NCBI GenBank assembly: GCA_964509485.1
Contig: CAZDXW010000006.1
Coordinates: 1-46,433 of the forward strand
Length of the DNA stretch: 46,433 nt
Direction of reading: 5' to 3'
Source: an uncultured Christensenella sp.
GTDB taxonomy: Bacteria; Bacillota; Clostridia; Christensenellales; CAG-138
The notes under the pieces were generated by a model. That model did no database searches. It saw nothing but the letters and a program-made list of their open reading frames with translations, and was not told where the DNA came from. How positions within the stretch are numbered: the first letter of the stretch is position 1; every line of letters starts with the position of its first letter. The position numbers were made by a program, and so were the translations under genes. Below are positions 17,443-24,826 of this stretch, in pieces.

Positions 17443-18972
17443 TTATTTTATGATTGCTGGAATTCGTTCGTAGTCGCTCAATTTGCCACCGTCTTTGAGC
17501 ATATCGCGAATCAGATCCGCCATGTTCGCGGAAAGCTCGGAAAAATGATCCGTCGCGTAGACAACGCCGTCGCAAACCGAAACCGCGGAGCCAAACAGGT
17601 AGCGGCAGAACCATTCGATGGAAACGAGCAGCTCCCCGTCGCGATGCAGCGCCTCGCAATACATGCTGCGCAGGCTCTCGTCGATTACGCAGCCAATGCT
17701 GCCGCGCGCAAACTGGAGCGTTCTGCCGTCCGGCAGCTTGACCACGGCGGTCAGCGTATCGGCGGAAGGCTCGTACTTCGCGCCAAAGGTCTTGCTCAAA
17801 AACGACAGCGGCACGCAGAGATACTCGCCGCGGACGGCCTGCCCGCCGTTGAGCCCGTGGTACTTCAACTTCTGCCAGAGCACGGCCTTCGTGTTCATTG
17901 GCATAACGCCGTTGTCAAACCAGGCGTAGGCGCAATCGCTCGCCGCCGCAATGGCAAACGAGTCGCCCTCGCGCGGCAGGTTCGACGTATAATGGACAAT
18001 GGTGCCGTCCGACTTGCGCCGCGTGCCGGAAAAATGATAGTTCCAAACCAGCGCCGCGTCGTCAAACGTCTGTCCGTGGTCGCGGTTCTTGATGTCCAGG
18101 TAGGTCAAATCCGCTTTCTTGCCCTGATAGAACGCAAAGTTGTCCTCGCCGACGATGCGAATCTGCGGAATCGGCGCGCACTCGTTGATGCGCATCCAGT
18201 AATAGCGGTTGTAGCGGTTGACGTTGAGCGCTTCGAGCTTGTCCGGCGGAATGTCGTTGAGCTCCGGCCGGGACTGCCACACGTCGAGATGCCCCGCTTG
18301 GTTGACAATCTCCCCTTCCGGCGTAAACAACTTCGAAAGGAACGTTGCGCAGCCGGAACCCGCCGCGCCCGCGAGCACGTCGCCAAAGTTTCGCGCAAAC
18401 AGCGAGGTCATCAGGTCGCCCATGGACATGCCCTGCATGAACACGCGTTCCTCGTCCACGTTGTACTTCTGTTTCATCTTCGCAATCAGTGCGCGCGCCA
18501 TGCTCAAATCGTGATTCTGCGAAATATCCTCCGAGAACGTCGGAATTTCGCCCGGCGCTTCCTCGTGCTCAGCTACACCGTCGTCAAATCTCCAGCGTCC
18601 CCACTCCACGCACCATACGCGTCCGGTCGTCGCGTTTGGAAACGCAACGAGAAAGCCGTGCTGTTCCGCGAGGATCGTCCAGGAGGTATAGATCGCCTGC
18701 CCCCAGCCGGTCATCAGCCCGCCGTGCATCGAGACGACGAGCGGCGTTTTCTTCGCCGGGTCATACGTGCTAGGCACATATTCAAACCACGTGTCAATGG
18801 CGCCGGTTCCGGTCAGATCCTCCTGAAATTTCTTCAGCCGTTCCGGATAGGGCTGGGAGTTGTTTCCGTTTTCGTTGACGACGATGTCGCTGCCCTGAAT
18901 TCGCTCCGGCAGGTAGTCCCGGTTGTCGTCGTCCGGCGTGCCGGGGTGCAATAGTGTTCGCATCTGTTTCAT
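17443..18972 (-). CDS. PHB-depolymerase-family (LpqC/CE1-like) esterase, paralog C
   Basis: Start taken at ATG 18972 (MKQMRTLLHPGTPDDDNRDYLPERIQGSDIVVNENGNNSQPYPERL), downstream of GGAGAGAG; ATG 18987 is also possible. PLVVSMHGGLMTGWG and the elbow VFMQGMSMGDLM. Confidence 0.75.
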   Translation of the reverse strand: MKQMRTLLHPGTPDDDNRDYLPERIQGSDIVVNENGNNSQPYPERLKKFQEDLTGTGAIDTWFEYVPSTYDPAKKTPLVVSMHGGLMTGWGQAIYTSWTILAEQHGFLVAFPNATTGRVWCVEWGRWRFDDGVAEHEEAPGEIPTFSEDISQNHDLSMARALIAKMKQKYNVDEERVFMQGMSMGDLMTSLFARNFGDVLAGAAGSGCATFLSKLFTPEGEIVNQAGHLDVWQSRPELNDIPPDKLEALNVNRYNRYYWMRINECAPIPQIRIVGEDNFAFYQGKKADLTYLDIKNRDHGQTFDDAALVWNYHFSGTRRKSDGTIVHYTSNLPREGDSFAIAAASDCAYAWFDNGVMPMNTKAVLWQKLKYHGLNGGQAVRGEYLCVPLSFLSKTFGAKYEPSADTLTAVVKLPDGRTLQFARGSIGCVIDESLRSMYCEALHRDGELLVSIEWFCRYLFGSAVSVCDGVVYATDHFSELSANMADLIRDMLKDGGKLSDYERIPAIIK

Positions 18973-18991
18973 AGTTGCTCTCTCCATTTTC

Positions 18992-19801
18992 TTACTCGCT
19001 CAATCGCTTGAACGTGTCTTCAATTTCCAGCCAGTCGATGAATTTCTTCACGTGGCGGTCGCAGTATTCCCAGTTGTGGTGCCCGTGGTCAATGGTTTCG
19101 ACAAACTCAAGCCCCAGCGCGCGGTATTTTTCCATGTACTCCACGTTGCCCTCGTAATGCGTGTCCTCCTGACCGGTCGCCATGTAGCCCTTCGGGAAGC
19201 GTTTTCCGGCTTCCTTCTGTTTCTTGATCATGTATGCGATGTCGTTTTCCGTGTTTTCCACGTTGGCCTTGCAGCCAAACGCGCTGGCAAACATGAAGAA
19301 GCTTTCCGTGTTGTCCTCCACCTCGGGAACAAAGTCAATTGCGTTCTTGTTGCCGGAGAACGTGCCAAATGCCGCAAACTGCTCCGGATCGCGCAGCATC
19401 CACTTCAGCGAGCCGTAGCCGCCCATCGAGAAGCCCGCGATGTAGTTCTTTGCCGGGTCCTCCGAAAGCGGAAACAGGTGGCGCACCACGCGCGGCGTTT
19501 CGATGGAGAGCTGGGTAAAGTATTTGAAGTTGCCGTGCACGGTGTCCATATAGCCGGAGCAGTAGGTTCCGCTGCAAACAACCGCAATGCCCGCCTCCGC
19601 CGCATAGAGCTCAATCGCGGTATAGCGCTGCCAGTCGGTATAGTCAAACCCGCCGCCGCTCTGGAGCCAAAGCACGGGGTAACGATAGCCCTCCGGACGA
19701 TCCGCCAGCGAATGTCCCCAGGTGTTTTCCGGCAGGATCACGTTCACGCCAACCTTCATTCGGAGCGCTTCGGAATAGTAGTACAGTCGAATGTTTGCCA
19801 T
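18992..19801 (-). CDS. Esterase-D/'putative esterase' family (PF00756/CE1-like) serine esterase
   Basis: Start trimmed to ATG 19801 (MANIRLYYYSEALRMKVGVNVILPE...; strong RBS GGAAGGAGGG; 1 nt after the upstream TAA). Canonical elbow YIAGFSMGGYGSL, Asp in ATGQEDT, and His in DHGHHNWEY. Confidence 0.8.
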   Translation of the reverse strand: MANIRLYYYSEALRMKVGVNVILPENTWGHSLADRPEGYRYPVLWLQSGGGFDYTDWQRYTAIELYAAEAGIAVVCSGTYCSGYMDTVHGNFKYFTQLSIETPRVVRHLFPLSEDPAKNYIAGFSMGGYGSLKWMLRDPEQFAAFGTFSGNKNAIDFVPEVEDNTESFFMFASAFGCKANVENTENDIAYMIKKQKEAGKRFPKGYMATGQEDTHYEGNVEYMEKYRALGLEFVETIDHGHHNWEYCDRHVKKFIDWLEIEDTFKRLSE

Positions 19802-19802
19802 G

Positions 19803-20582
19803 TTACTTGCCCTCCTTCCCCGCAATTGCCCAGCGAACCGCAAACGGCAGGCTGTGTTGCAGGCTGTGGCAGTCCGCGCCCGCGAGCAACCGTACCTGTT
19901 CGGCGGAAATGCCCAGCTTTTCCGCGAGCAGAACGCTCTCTTGGCGGTGCGCGTAATCCTCCTCGGTAACGAAGAGAAACTTGCTCCGTGCGGGTCTGTT
20001 TGCAAGGGTATATAGATCGTTCTCCCCGCCCGCAAAGCCTTCCAGCTTGCCAAAGACCGCCCCCAACGAAGCCGCGTCATGATAGATACCGGTGTCTTCG
20101 CCCGCAAGCGCCCGCTGAATCACCGCGCCCATATCGAGCACACCGTTGAGCGAGAACGCCTTGGAAAACACGTCCGGGTGTTCCAGTGCGGTCTTCACCG
20201 CGCCATATGCGCCGGTACCGACGCCGCCAATCCATGTTTCCGCCGGATTGGCCGATACGGGAAAGATGTTTCGGCAGATGGCGAGCAGTTCGCCACTGAC
20301 GAAGTTTTCGTACTTCGGGCCGTATTCCATGTTGGTGCCGAGCGTATGCTGAACGTCCGGCGCGACAATGAAGATGCCGTGCTCCTTTGCACAGCGTTCC
20401 GCGGGCGTGGTCTGCCAGTCCACCGCGGCGCCGCCCTCGCTGTGCAGCAGCACCAGCACGGGGTACTTCTTCGTGTGCTTCGCGTCGTCGAGCTGCAGCT
20501 TGTCCATCTCCGGCAGGAACACCCGCGCGGCAAACGAACCGCAGAGCACCACCGAGAGTGCGTTAAATTCAAAATAGGCCAA
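19803..20582 (-). CDS. Esterase-D-family-like protein lacking the nucleophile Ser (Gly substitution)
   Basis: 259 aa, TTG start 8 nt after AGGAGG. It aligns by eye to the neighbouring paralog: PAETWIGGVGTGAYGAV versus PAKNYIAGFSMGGYGSL, so the Ser position is Gly. The YPVLVLLHSEGG oxyanion region is retained. Confidence 0.75.
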   Translation of the reverse strand: MAYFEFNALSVVLCGSFAARVFLPEMDKLQLDDAKHTKKYPVLVLLHSEGGAAVDWQTTPAERCAKEHGIFIVAPDVQHTLGTNMEYGPKYENFVSGELLAICRNIFPVSANPAETWIGGVGTGAYGAVKTALEHPDVFSKAFSLNGVLDMGAVIQRALAGEDTGIYHDAASLGAVFGKLEGFAGGENDLYTLANRPARSKFLFVTEEDYAHRQESVLLAEKLGISAEQVRLLAGADCHSLQHSLPFAVRWAIAGKEGK

Positions 20583-20628
20583 GGTCGTTTCCTCCTAGTT
20601 GTTATGCGACTAAATAAAACACGTCAGA

Positions 20629-21465
20629 TCAATACGGGTTGCCGCCCTCTTCGGTCAGACCGAAAAACTTGAGCGCTTCCTGAATCGCCAAATCCCAAAA
20701 GCGCCATTCGTGCCGGTAGTTCGGCAGCTCGAACCAGTGCGCCTGTAGGCCGATCTCCCCGGCGTGCTGCTGAAACTTTTTATAGAACTCATACAGCATC
20801 GTGTCCTCCTGCCCGCAGGCAAACATGAGCCGTGGCAGCTTGCCGGTGGGCGCGAGGCGATCGATGATTGCCCAAACATTCTCGTTTGAGTTTAAAAACG
20901 CATCCAGCCCGCCCGCATTAGCGAGCGTGTTTGCCATGCGCTCGTTGTTTGTGTTCAGCATTGGGCATGCGTTGTCCGGCCCCATGCCGGACATATCCAT
21001 CGGCGCCGCGGAGAGCACCGCCGCCGCCGCGAACTTCTCCGGATGGTTCACCGCGAACTTAATCGTGCCGCGTCCGCCCATGCTCAGCCCCGCGATAAAG
21101 TTGTCCTCGCGCTTGCTTGAAACGGGCAGCCAGCCGTAGACGAGCGGCATGAGCTCTTCCGTGAGAAAATCGAACATGCGGTAACCCAGCATGCAGTTGT
21201 TCCAGTTGGAATAGTTCGAGTTCAAGGCGCTGGGCATCACCACCACGAGGTTCTTCTCCGTGGCATACATCTCGATGTTTGTCTTGCGCACCCAGTCCGT
21301 GTGGTCGCCAAAGGTGCCGTGCAGCAGCCAGAGCACCTTGTATTTCCGCCCGCTCGAGTAGAAGTCCGCGGGCGTGACGGCGCGCGGCTTGTCCGGCAGA
21401 ATCACGGTGATCTGCGTGTTGCTGTTGAGACATTCGCTTTCAAACGTGTATTGCAGAATGGACAT
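20629..21465 (-). CDS. Esterase family protein (tributyrin/acetyl-esterase EstA-like, PF00756)
   Basis: 278 aa, RBS AGGAGG. YKVLWLLHGTFGDHTDW, canonical elbow FIAGLSMGGRG, ACGQEDT, and YRHEW near the C-terminus. No signal peptide. Confidence 0.8.
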   Translation of the reverse strand: MSILQYTFESECLNSNTQITVILPDKPRAVTPADFYSSGRKYKVLWLLHGTFGDHTDWVRKTNIEMYATEKNLVVVMPSALNSNYSNWNNCMLGYRMFDFLTEELMPLVYGWLPVSSKREDNFIAGLSMGGRGTIKFAVNHPEKFAAAAVLSAAPMDMSGMGPDNACPMLNTNNERMANTLANAGGLDAFLNSNENVWAIIDRLAPTGKLPRLMFACGQEDTMLYEFYKKFQQHAGEIGLQAHWFELPNYRHEWRFWDLAIQEALKFFGLTEEGGNPY

Positions 21466-21491
21466 GTTGGCCTCCTGTTTTTGTAGATCGA

Positions 21492-22982
21492 TTATTCAAT
21501 CGTGCAGACGAACGGCAGCATCGGCAGCCCCGCGCTGTTGTAGAGATTATCCGCGCAGTAGGGCCGCTGGCAGAACGAAACCGCAACCGTCCCTTGCGCC
21601 AACTCCGGCGCGGAAAGCAAGAGCTCGTTGTCGCGAACCTCCGCGGAAAACGCCTCCAAAGCAGCTCCGTTCACCGAAACGTCCAGCGTTTCCGGGTATG
21701 CGCCGCGGCAGAACAGCCCTTCCCCGCTGTTGGCAAAACGAATTCGAATGGTCGAGCCTTCGCGGCGCGCGCCCTCTACCGAGGGCGAATCCGCGAGGAT
21801 GCTGCGCCCGTAGACCTTGCTTAGCGCTTGTAGCGCCAGCCGTTCGCCGATGGGCCGCTTGTGCTTTGGGTGCACGTCGTAGCGCATGCCCGCGTCCATG
21901 GAGCAGACCAGCCAGACCCGGTCGACGGAATGCGTCAACCTTTCCTGCGCCGCGCGAATGGGAACGAAGTTGAGCGGTTCCACCATTCGTTCGAACGTGG
22001 TCAGCTGCACCTGCAAAAATGGCAGCGGTTCATGCCAAAGATCGCGCCAGCAGGTGATCATCGCCTGCATCAGCTCCTCGTACAACTCCATAAACGGCTC
22101 GTCCGACTCGCCCTGATACCAGATGACCCCGCTTACGGAATACGGCGCAACCGTTTTCAGCATGGTTTCATACAGTCCACACGGACGAAACGGCGAATAC
22201 TGCGAAAGATGCAGCGCGTCCATCTGCGCCATCGCGGCCTTCATCGATTCGTCCGGGTCAATGGGCGCGAGGTTTGGCACGCTGTTGTCAAACGGCAGCG
22301 AATCGATCATCCGCTGGTTTGCCTGAAAGCGTTCCAACTCCGTCGCGGGATCGATGCAAGCCTGCGCCTCGCTCGCTCGATCCAGAAAGAACCGCAACCG
22401 TCCGGTCAGATATTCCGGCGCGGTGAATACGCTCGCGGAGGTTCCGCCCCAGGTGCAGTTGAGAATGCCGACCGGCACATGAAACTCGTTGTAGAGCTTT
22501 TGCGCAAAGTAGAACCCGACAGCGGAAAAATAGCGCGCTTCCGCCCCGACCGCCTTTCGCCAGACGCCAACCTCGGAATAATCCCGGTCGTTTTCCTGCC
22601 CGGCGTAGGAAATCTTTGGCACCTCAAAGCAGCGCATCTCCGGGCAGTCGATCTGCATCGCCACTTCGGCGTCCGCGTCGTCCCGCAGCAAAAACTCCAT
22701 GTTGGACTGCCCGCTCGCGAGCCAAACCTCGCCGATGGCAACGTCCTCAATCGCAATCGTATTGTCCCCGGCAAACACCGTCAGCATCAGGCCGCTGCCC
22801 GCCTCCATCGGCGGTAGATACGCCTTCCAGACCCCGTTTCGCGAGACCGCTAGCGCGGTTTCCCCCGCGAGGCGAACGGTCACGAGGTTGCCCTCCGGTG
22901 CGGACCCCCAGACGCAAATCGGCTTTCTGCGTTGCAGCACCATGCCGTCCTGAAAGATCAGCGGCAGTGTGATATTACCCAT
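21492..22982 (-). CDS. Sialate-O-acetylesterase-like (SASA/DUF303, SGNH-type) carbohydrate acetylesterase
   Basis: Start trimmed to ATG 22982 (MGNITLPLIFQDGMVLQRRKPICVWG; GGAGG 6 nt upstream). Diagnostic GEVWLASGQSNME block plus GVIWYQGESD. The start overlaps the upstream gene's stop by 8 nt (22975-22982). Confidence 0.8.
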   Translation of the reverse strand: MGNITLPLIFQDGMVLQRRKPICVWGSAPEGNLVTVRLAGETALAVSRNGVWKAYLPPMEAGSGLMLTVFAGDNTIAIEDVAIGEVWLASGQSNMEFLLRDDADAEVAMQIDCPEMRCFEVPKISYAGQENDRDYSEVGVWRKAVGAEARYFSAVGFYFAQKLYNEFHVPVGILNCTWGGTSASVFTAPEYLTGRLRFFLDRASEAQACIDPATELERFQANQRMIDSLPFDNSVPNLAPIDPDESMKAAMAQMDALHLSQYSPFRPCGLYETMLKTVAPYSVSGVIWYQGESDEPFMELYEELMQAMITCWRDLWHEPLPFLQVQLTTFERMVEPLNFVPIRAAQERLTHSVDRVWLVCSMDAGMRYDVHPKHKRPIGERLALQALSKVYGRSILADSPSVEGARREGSTIRIRFANSGEGLFCRGAYPETLDVSVNGAALEAFSAEVRDNELLLSAPELAQGTVAVSFCQRPYCADNLYNSAGLPMLPFVCTIE

Positions 22983-24456
22983 GAACATCCTCCCCCTGCG
23001 AAAAGAATACGCGTTCGTTTGTTCCATCTGTGGCGGTAATGCGGAAGGCCTTGCTCGCAAAGTCCGCATGCAGCGCAGCCCGCTGCAATCCGTTTTGCCA
23101 GGCGACGGTCAGTGCCCCATCCGCATGGTCCGGTTCAATCGAAATAGCACCGTTGAACGCGGAATGCGTGTTGCGAAAACGCATGATCTGATAGAGCACC
23201 TGCAGCTTGGGCTTGTGTACCGCTTGCTCAATCTCCGCCTCCGTATAGCTGTGGCGGTTGATACTTCTCGGCTCCTCGCCGCGCTTGAGCGCTTCAATGT
23301 CGTTCTCCCCAGCGAGCAGGCCAACGTAATACACCTGCGGAATGCCCGGCGCAAAGAACTGCACCACGCGCGCCAATAGATACGCCGCGTCGTCTTCACC
23401 CAGCGCGGAATAGTAGCTGCACATGAGCTGATACCGCTGCGCCTGCTTGCCGGAAAGTTTGATCATGCTCGGGAATTTCATATACGGCTGCGCGGGGCGG
23501 GTGATTTCGTCCACGCGTTCGCGCACGAGATCGATCTCCTCGTCGGTCAACAGCCCCGCAACGTCTACAACGCCGATTCCGTCGTGGGTGTCCAGCGTGG
23601 TAAACTGCTTACGCGGGCAGATATTCAGCCAGTGGATCAGCCGGTTCGTGCGCCCGGTCAGAAGGGCGTGCAACAGCAGCATCGGCAGCGCAAAATCGTA
23701 GACCCAGTAGCCTTTGTCCGCCATCTTGAGCTGAATCGTATAGTTCTCGTGAATTTCGGGCAGCATTTCGGTTCCGGTCGCTTTCAGCGGCTTCATGCCG
23801 ATGTCCAGCACGTCCCAAATCTCCGGTTCGACAAAGAAGCACGAGGTGCCCGGCTTTTTTGAAGCGTAGGCAAACGCGTCAAACCGAATCAGCGGCACGT
23901 GCTTTGCCAGCAGACCGAGGTTTCGCTCGTAGTAGTCCTGCGTCGCCTGGCTGTAGGGGTCGATGTCCACCTGCTCCTGAAAGAAGGTGTTCCAGAGGCG
24001 AACCCGTTTGCCGTCGTCCCGCACGAACTCGAAGTACGGACCCTTTTCCTTGCGGCGATACATCACCTCAAGCTCCGCTTCGGTCGGCTCGCCGTTTGGC
24101 CAGAACTTGTCCCAATGGATAAACATGTCCTTGTATGGGGAATCCTCTCCGCGCTTCATATAGTCCTGAAACTCAGCGCAGCGAATGGACACGTGGTTGA
24201 GCATGAAATCCGCCATCAGGTAGTACTGCTCGCCGAGGCGGTCAATGTCCTCCCAGGTGCCAAACGCGGGGTCAACGTCGTCGTAGTGGATCACGGCAAA
24301 TCCGCGGTCGCCCGAAGAGGGAAAGAACGGCAGCACGTGGATTCCGCCGAACACGCCGCGAAAATGGCGCGCAAGCACCCGATCCAACGCGGACAGGTTC
24401 TCGCCCATGGTGTTGGCGTAGGTAATCAGCATGATCTTGTTTTCGACTTTTTTCAT
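22975..24456 (-). CDS. GH13_18 sucrose-phosphorylase-family alpha-glucoside phosphorylase (true substrate unknown)
   Basis: 493 aa. It aligns along its full length with sucrose phosphorylases as I recall them: LITYANTMG, HVLPFFPSSGDRGFAVIHY, MADFMLNHVS, the nucleophile region IRFDAFAYASKKPGTSCFFVEPEIW, the acid/base region MLPEIHENY, TLDTHDGIGVVD, and QFFAPGIPQVYYVGLLAGEND. Confidence 0.85.
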   Translation of the reverse strand: MKKVENKIMLITYANTMGENLSALDRVLARHFRGVFGGIHVLPFFPSSGDRGFAVIHYDDVDPAFGTWEDIDRLGEQYYLMADFMLNHVSIRCAEFQDYMKRGEDSPYKDMFIHWDKFWPNGEPTEAELEVMYRRKEKGPYFEFVRDDGKRVRLWNTFFQEQVDIDPYSQATQDYYERNLGLLAKHVPLIRFDAFAYASKKPGTSCFFVEPEIWDVLDIGMKPLKATGTEMLPEIHENYTIQLKMADKGYWVYDFALPMLLLHALLTGRTNRLIHWLNICPRKQFTTLDTHDGIGVVDVAGLLTDEEIDLVRERVDEITRPAQPYMKFPSMIKLSGKQAQRYQLMCSYYSALGEDDAAYLLARVVQFFAPGIPQVYYVGLLAGENDIEALKRGEEPRSINRHSYTEAEIEQAVHKPKLQVLYQIMRFRNTHSAFNGAISIEPDHADGALTVAWQNGLQRAALHADFASKAFRITATDGTNERVFFSQGEDVHG

Positions 24457-24502
24457 GAAACGCTCCCTTAGATTGATTGATGATCTTCGAGAAAAACCGT
24501 TT

Positions 24503-24517
24503 TGTAATCGTTTTCAT
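24503..24517 (-). promoter_or_regulatory. cre-like / LacI-family operator candidate upstream of the phosphorylase-esterase genes
   Basis: The minus strand reads ATGAAAACGATTACA, which fits every fixed position of the cre consensus WTGNAANCGNWNNCW. It lies 47-61 nt upstream of ATG 24456 and overlaps a weak possible promoter (TTTACC-16 nt-TACAAA on the minus strand). Confidence 0.45.
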
Positions 24518-24741
24518 TTTTCGGTAAAAAGAAAGTGGGATTCGGTTGTTCTACCGTGGTGATCGATGCGGCGCAGCGGGCGCTCGACGCTCGTTCTCGA
24601 ACGCCCGCCGCGCCAAACATCCTCTCTCCTACAGCCAGGTCGATGGCGAGTCTTTAATACTTGGGTTCTGTGGTTGCCTTTCGGAAACAAACGCTGGAAA
24701 AGAACTTCTTCGCTCGATTGACCCGCAGGATCAGAGACTGC

Positions 24742-24772
24742 TTTTTAAAACAGCCGAAGGCCCCCTCCGCTG
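24742..24772 (-). terminator. Possible weak intrinsic terminator after the ABC permease genes
   Basis: Imperfect hairpin cagccgaagg (24751-24760) / ccctccgctg (24763-24772), 8 of 10 pairs with a very small loop. On the minus strand it is followed by TTTT (24747-24750). It lies about 55 nt downstream of the permease stop (24827). Confidence 0.3.
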
Positions 24773-24826
24773 CACGCGATGGTCGCGTATGATCTTTTTC
24801 GTTCAGCGGAATGCAGATCAACATTG

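Noticed and set aside
16984-18954. 656-aa plus-strand ORF. Similar long ORFs occur at 27093-28955(-), 13415-14959(+), 9344-10738(+), 12246-13334(+), 8360-9316(+), 21861-22817(+), 3015-3977(+), 1252-2178(+), 6821-7699(-), 36244-37050(+) and 39470-40393(-).
   Set aside because: All lie antisense to ORFs with clear family motifs. Their translations are Arg/Ala/Val/His-rich low-complexity strings with no recognisable domain and no Shine-Dalgarno. Long open antisense frames are expected in GC-rich coding DNA.
13355-18972. Taking the 'PHB depolymerase' family name literally (polyhydroxybutyrate degradation).
   Set aside because: I saw no phasin, PHA synthase or 3-hydroxybutyrate metabolism genes. 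The proteins are leaderless and embedded in a LacI/ABC/phosphorylase sugar locus. The family also contains feruloyl and acetyl-xylan esterases, so a carbohydrate-ester role is more plausible.
18992-20107. N-terminally extended versions of real genes in the track: 18992-20107, 12195-13571, 9359-11077, 13355-14911, 21492-23069, 26997-28625, 29814-31394, 32324-33532, 36878-38299, 40833-41630 and 43927-45069.
   Set aside because: The extensions overlap the 3' end of the upstream gene or cross intergenic DNA. They encode Arg/Pro-rich junk and lack an RBS. An internal ATG preceded by a GGAGG-type RBS coincides with the start of recognisable homology, so I used the shorter coordinates.
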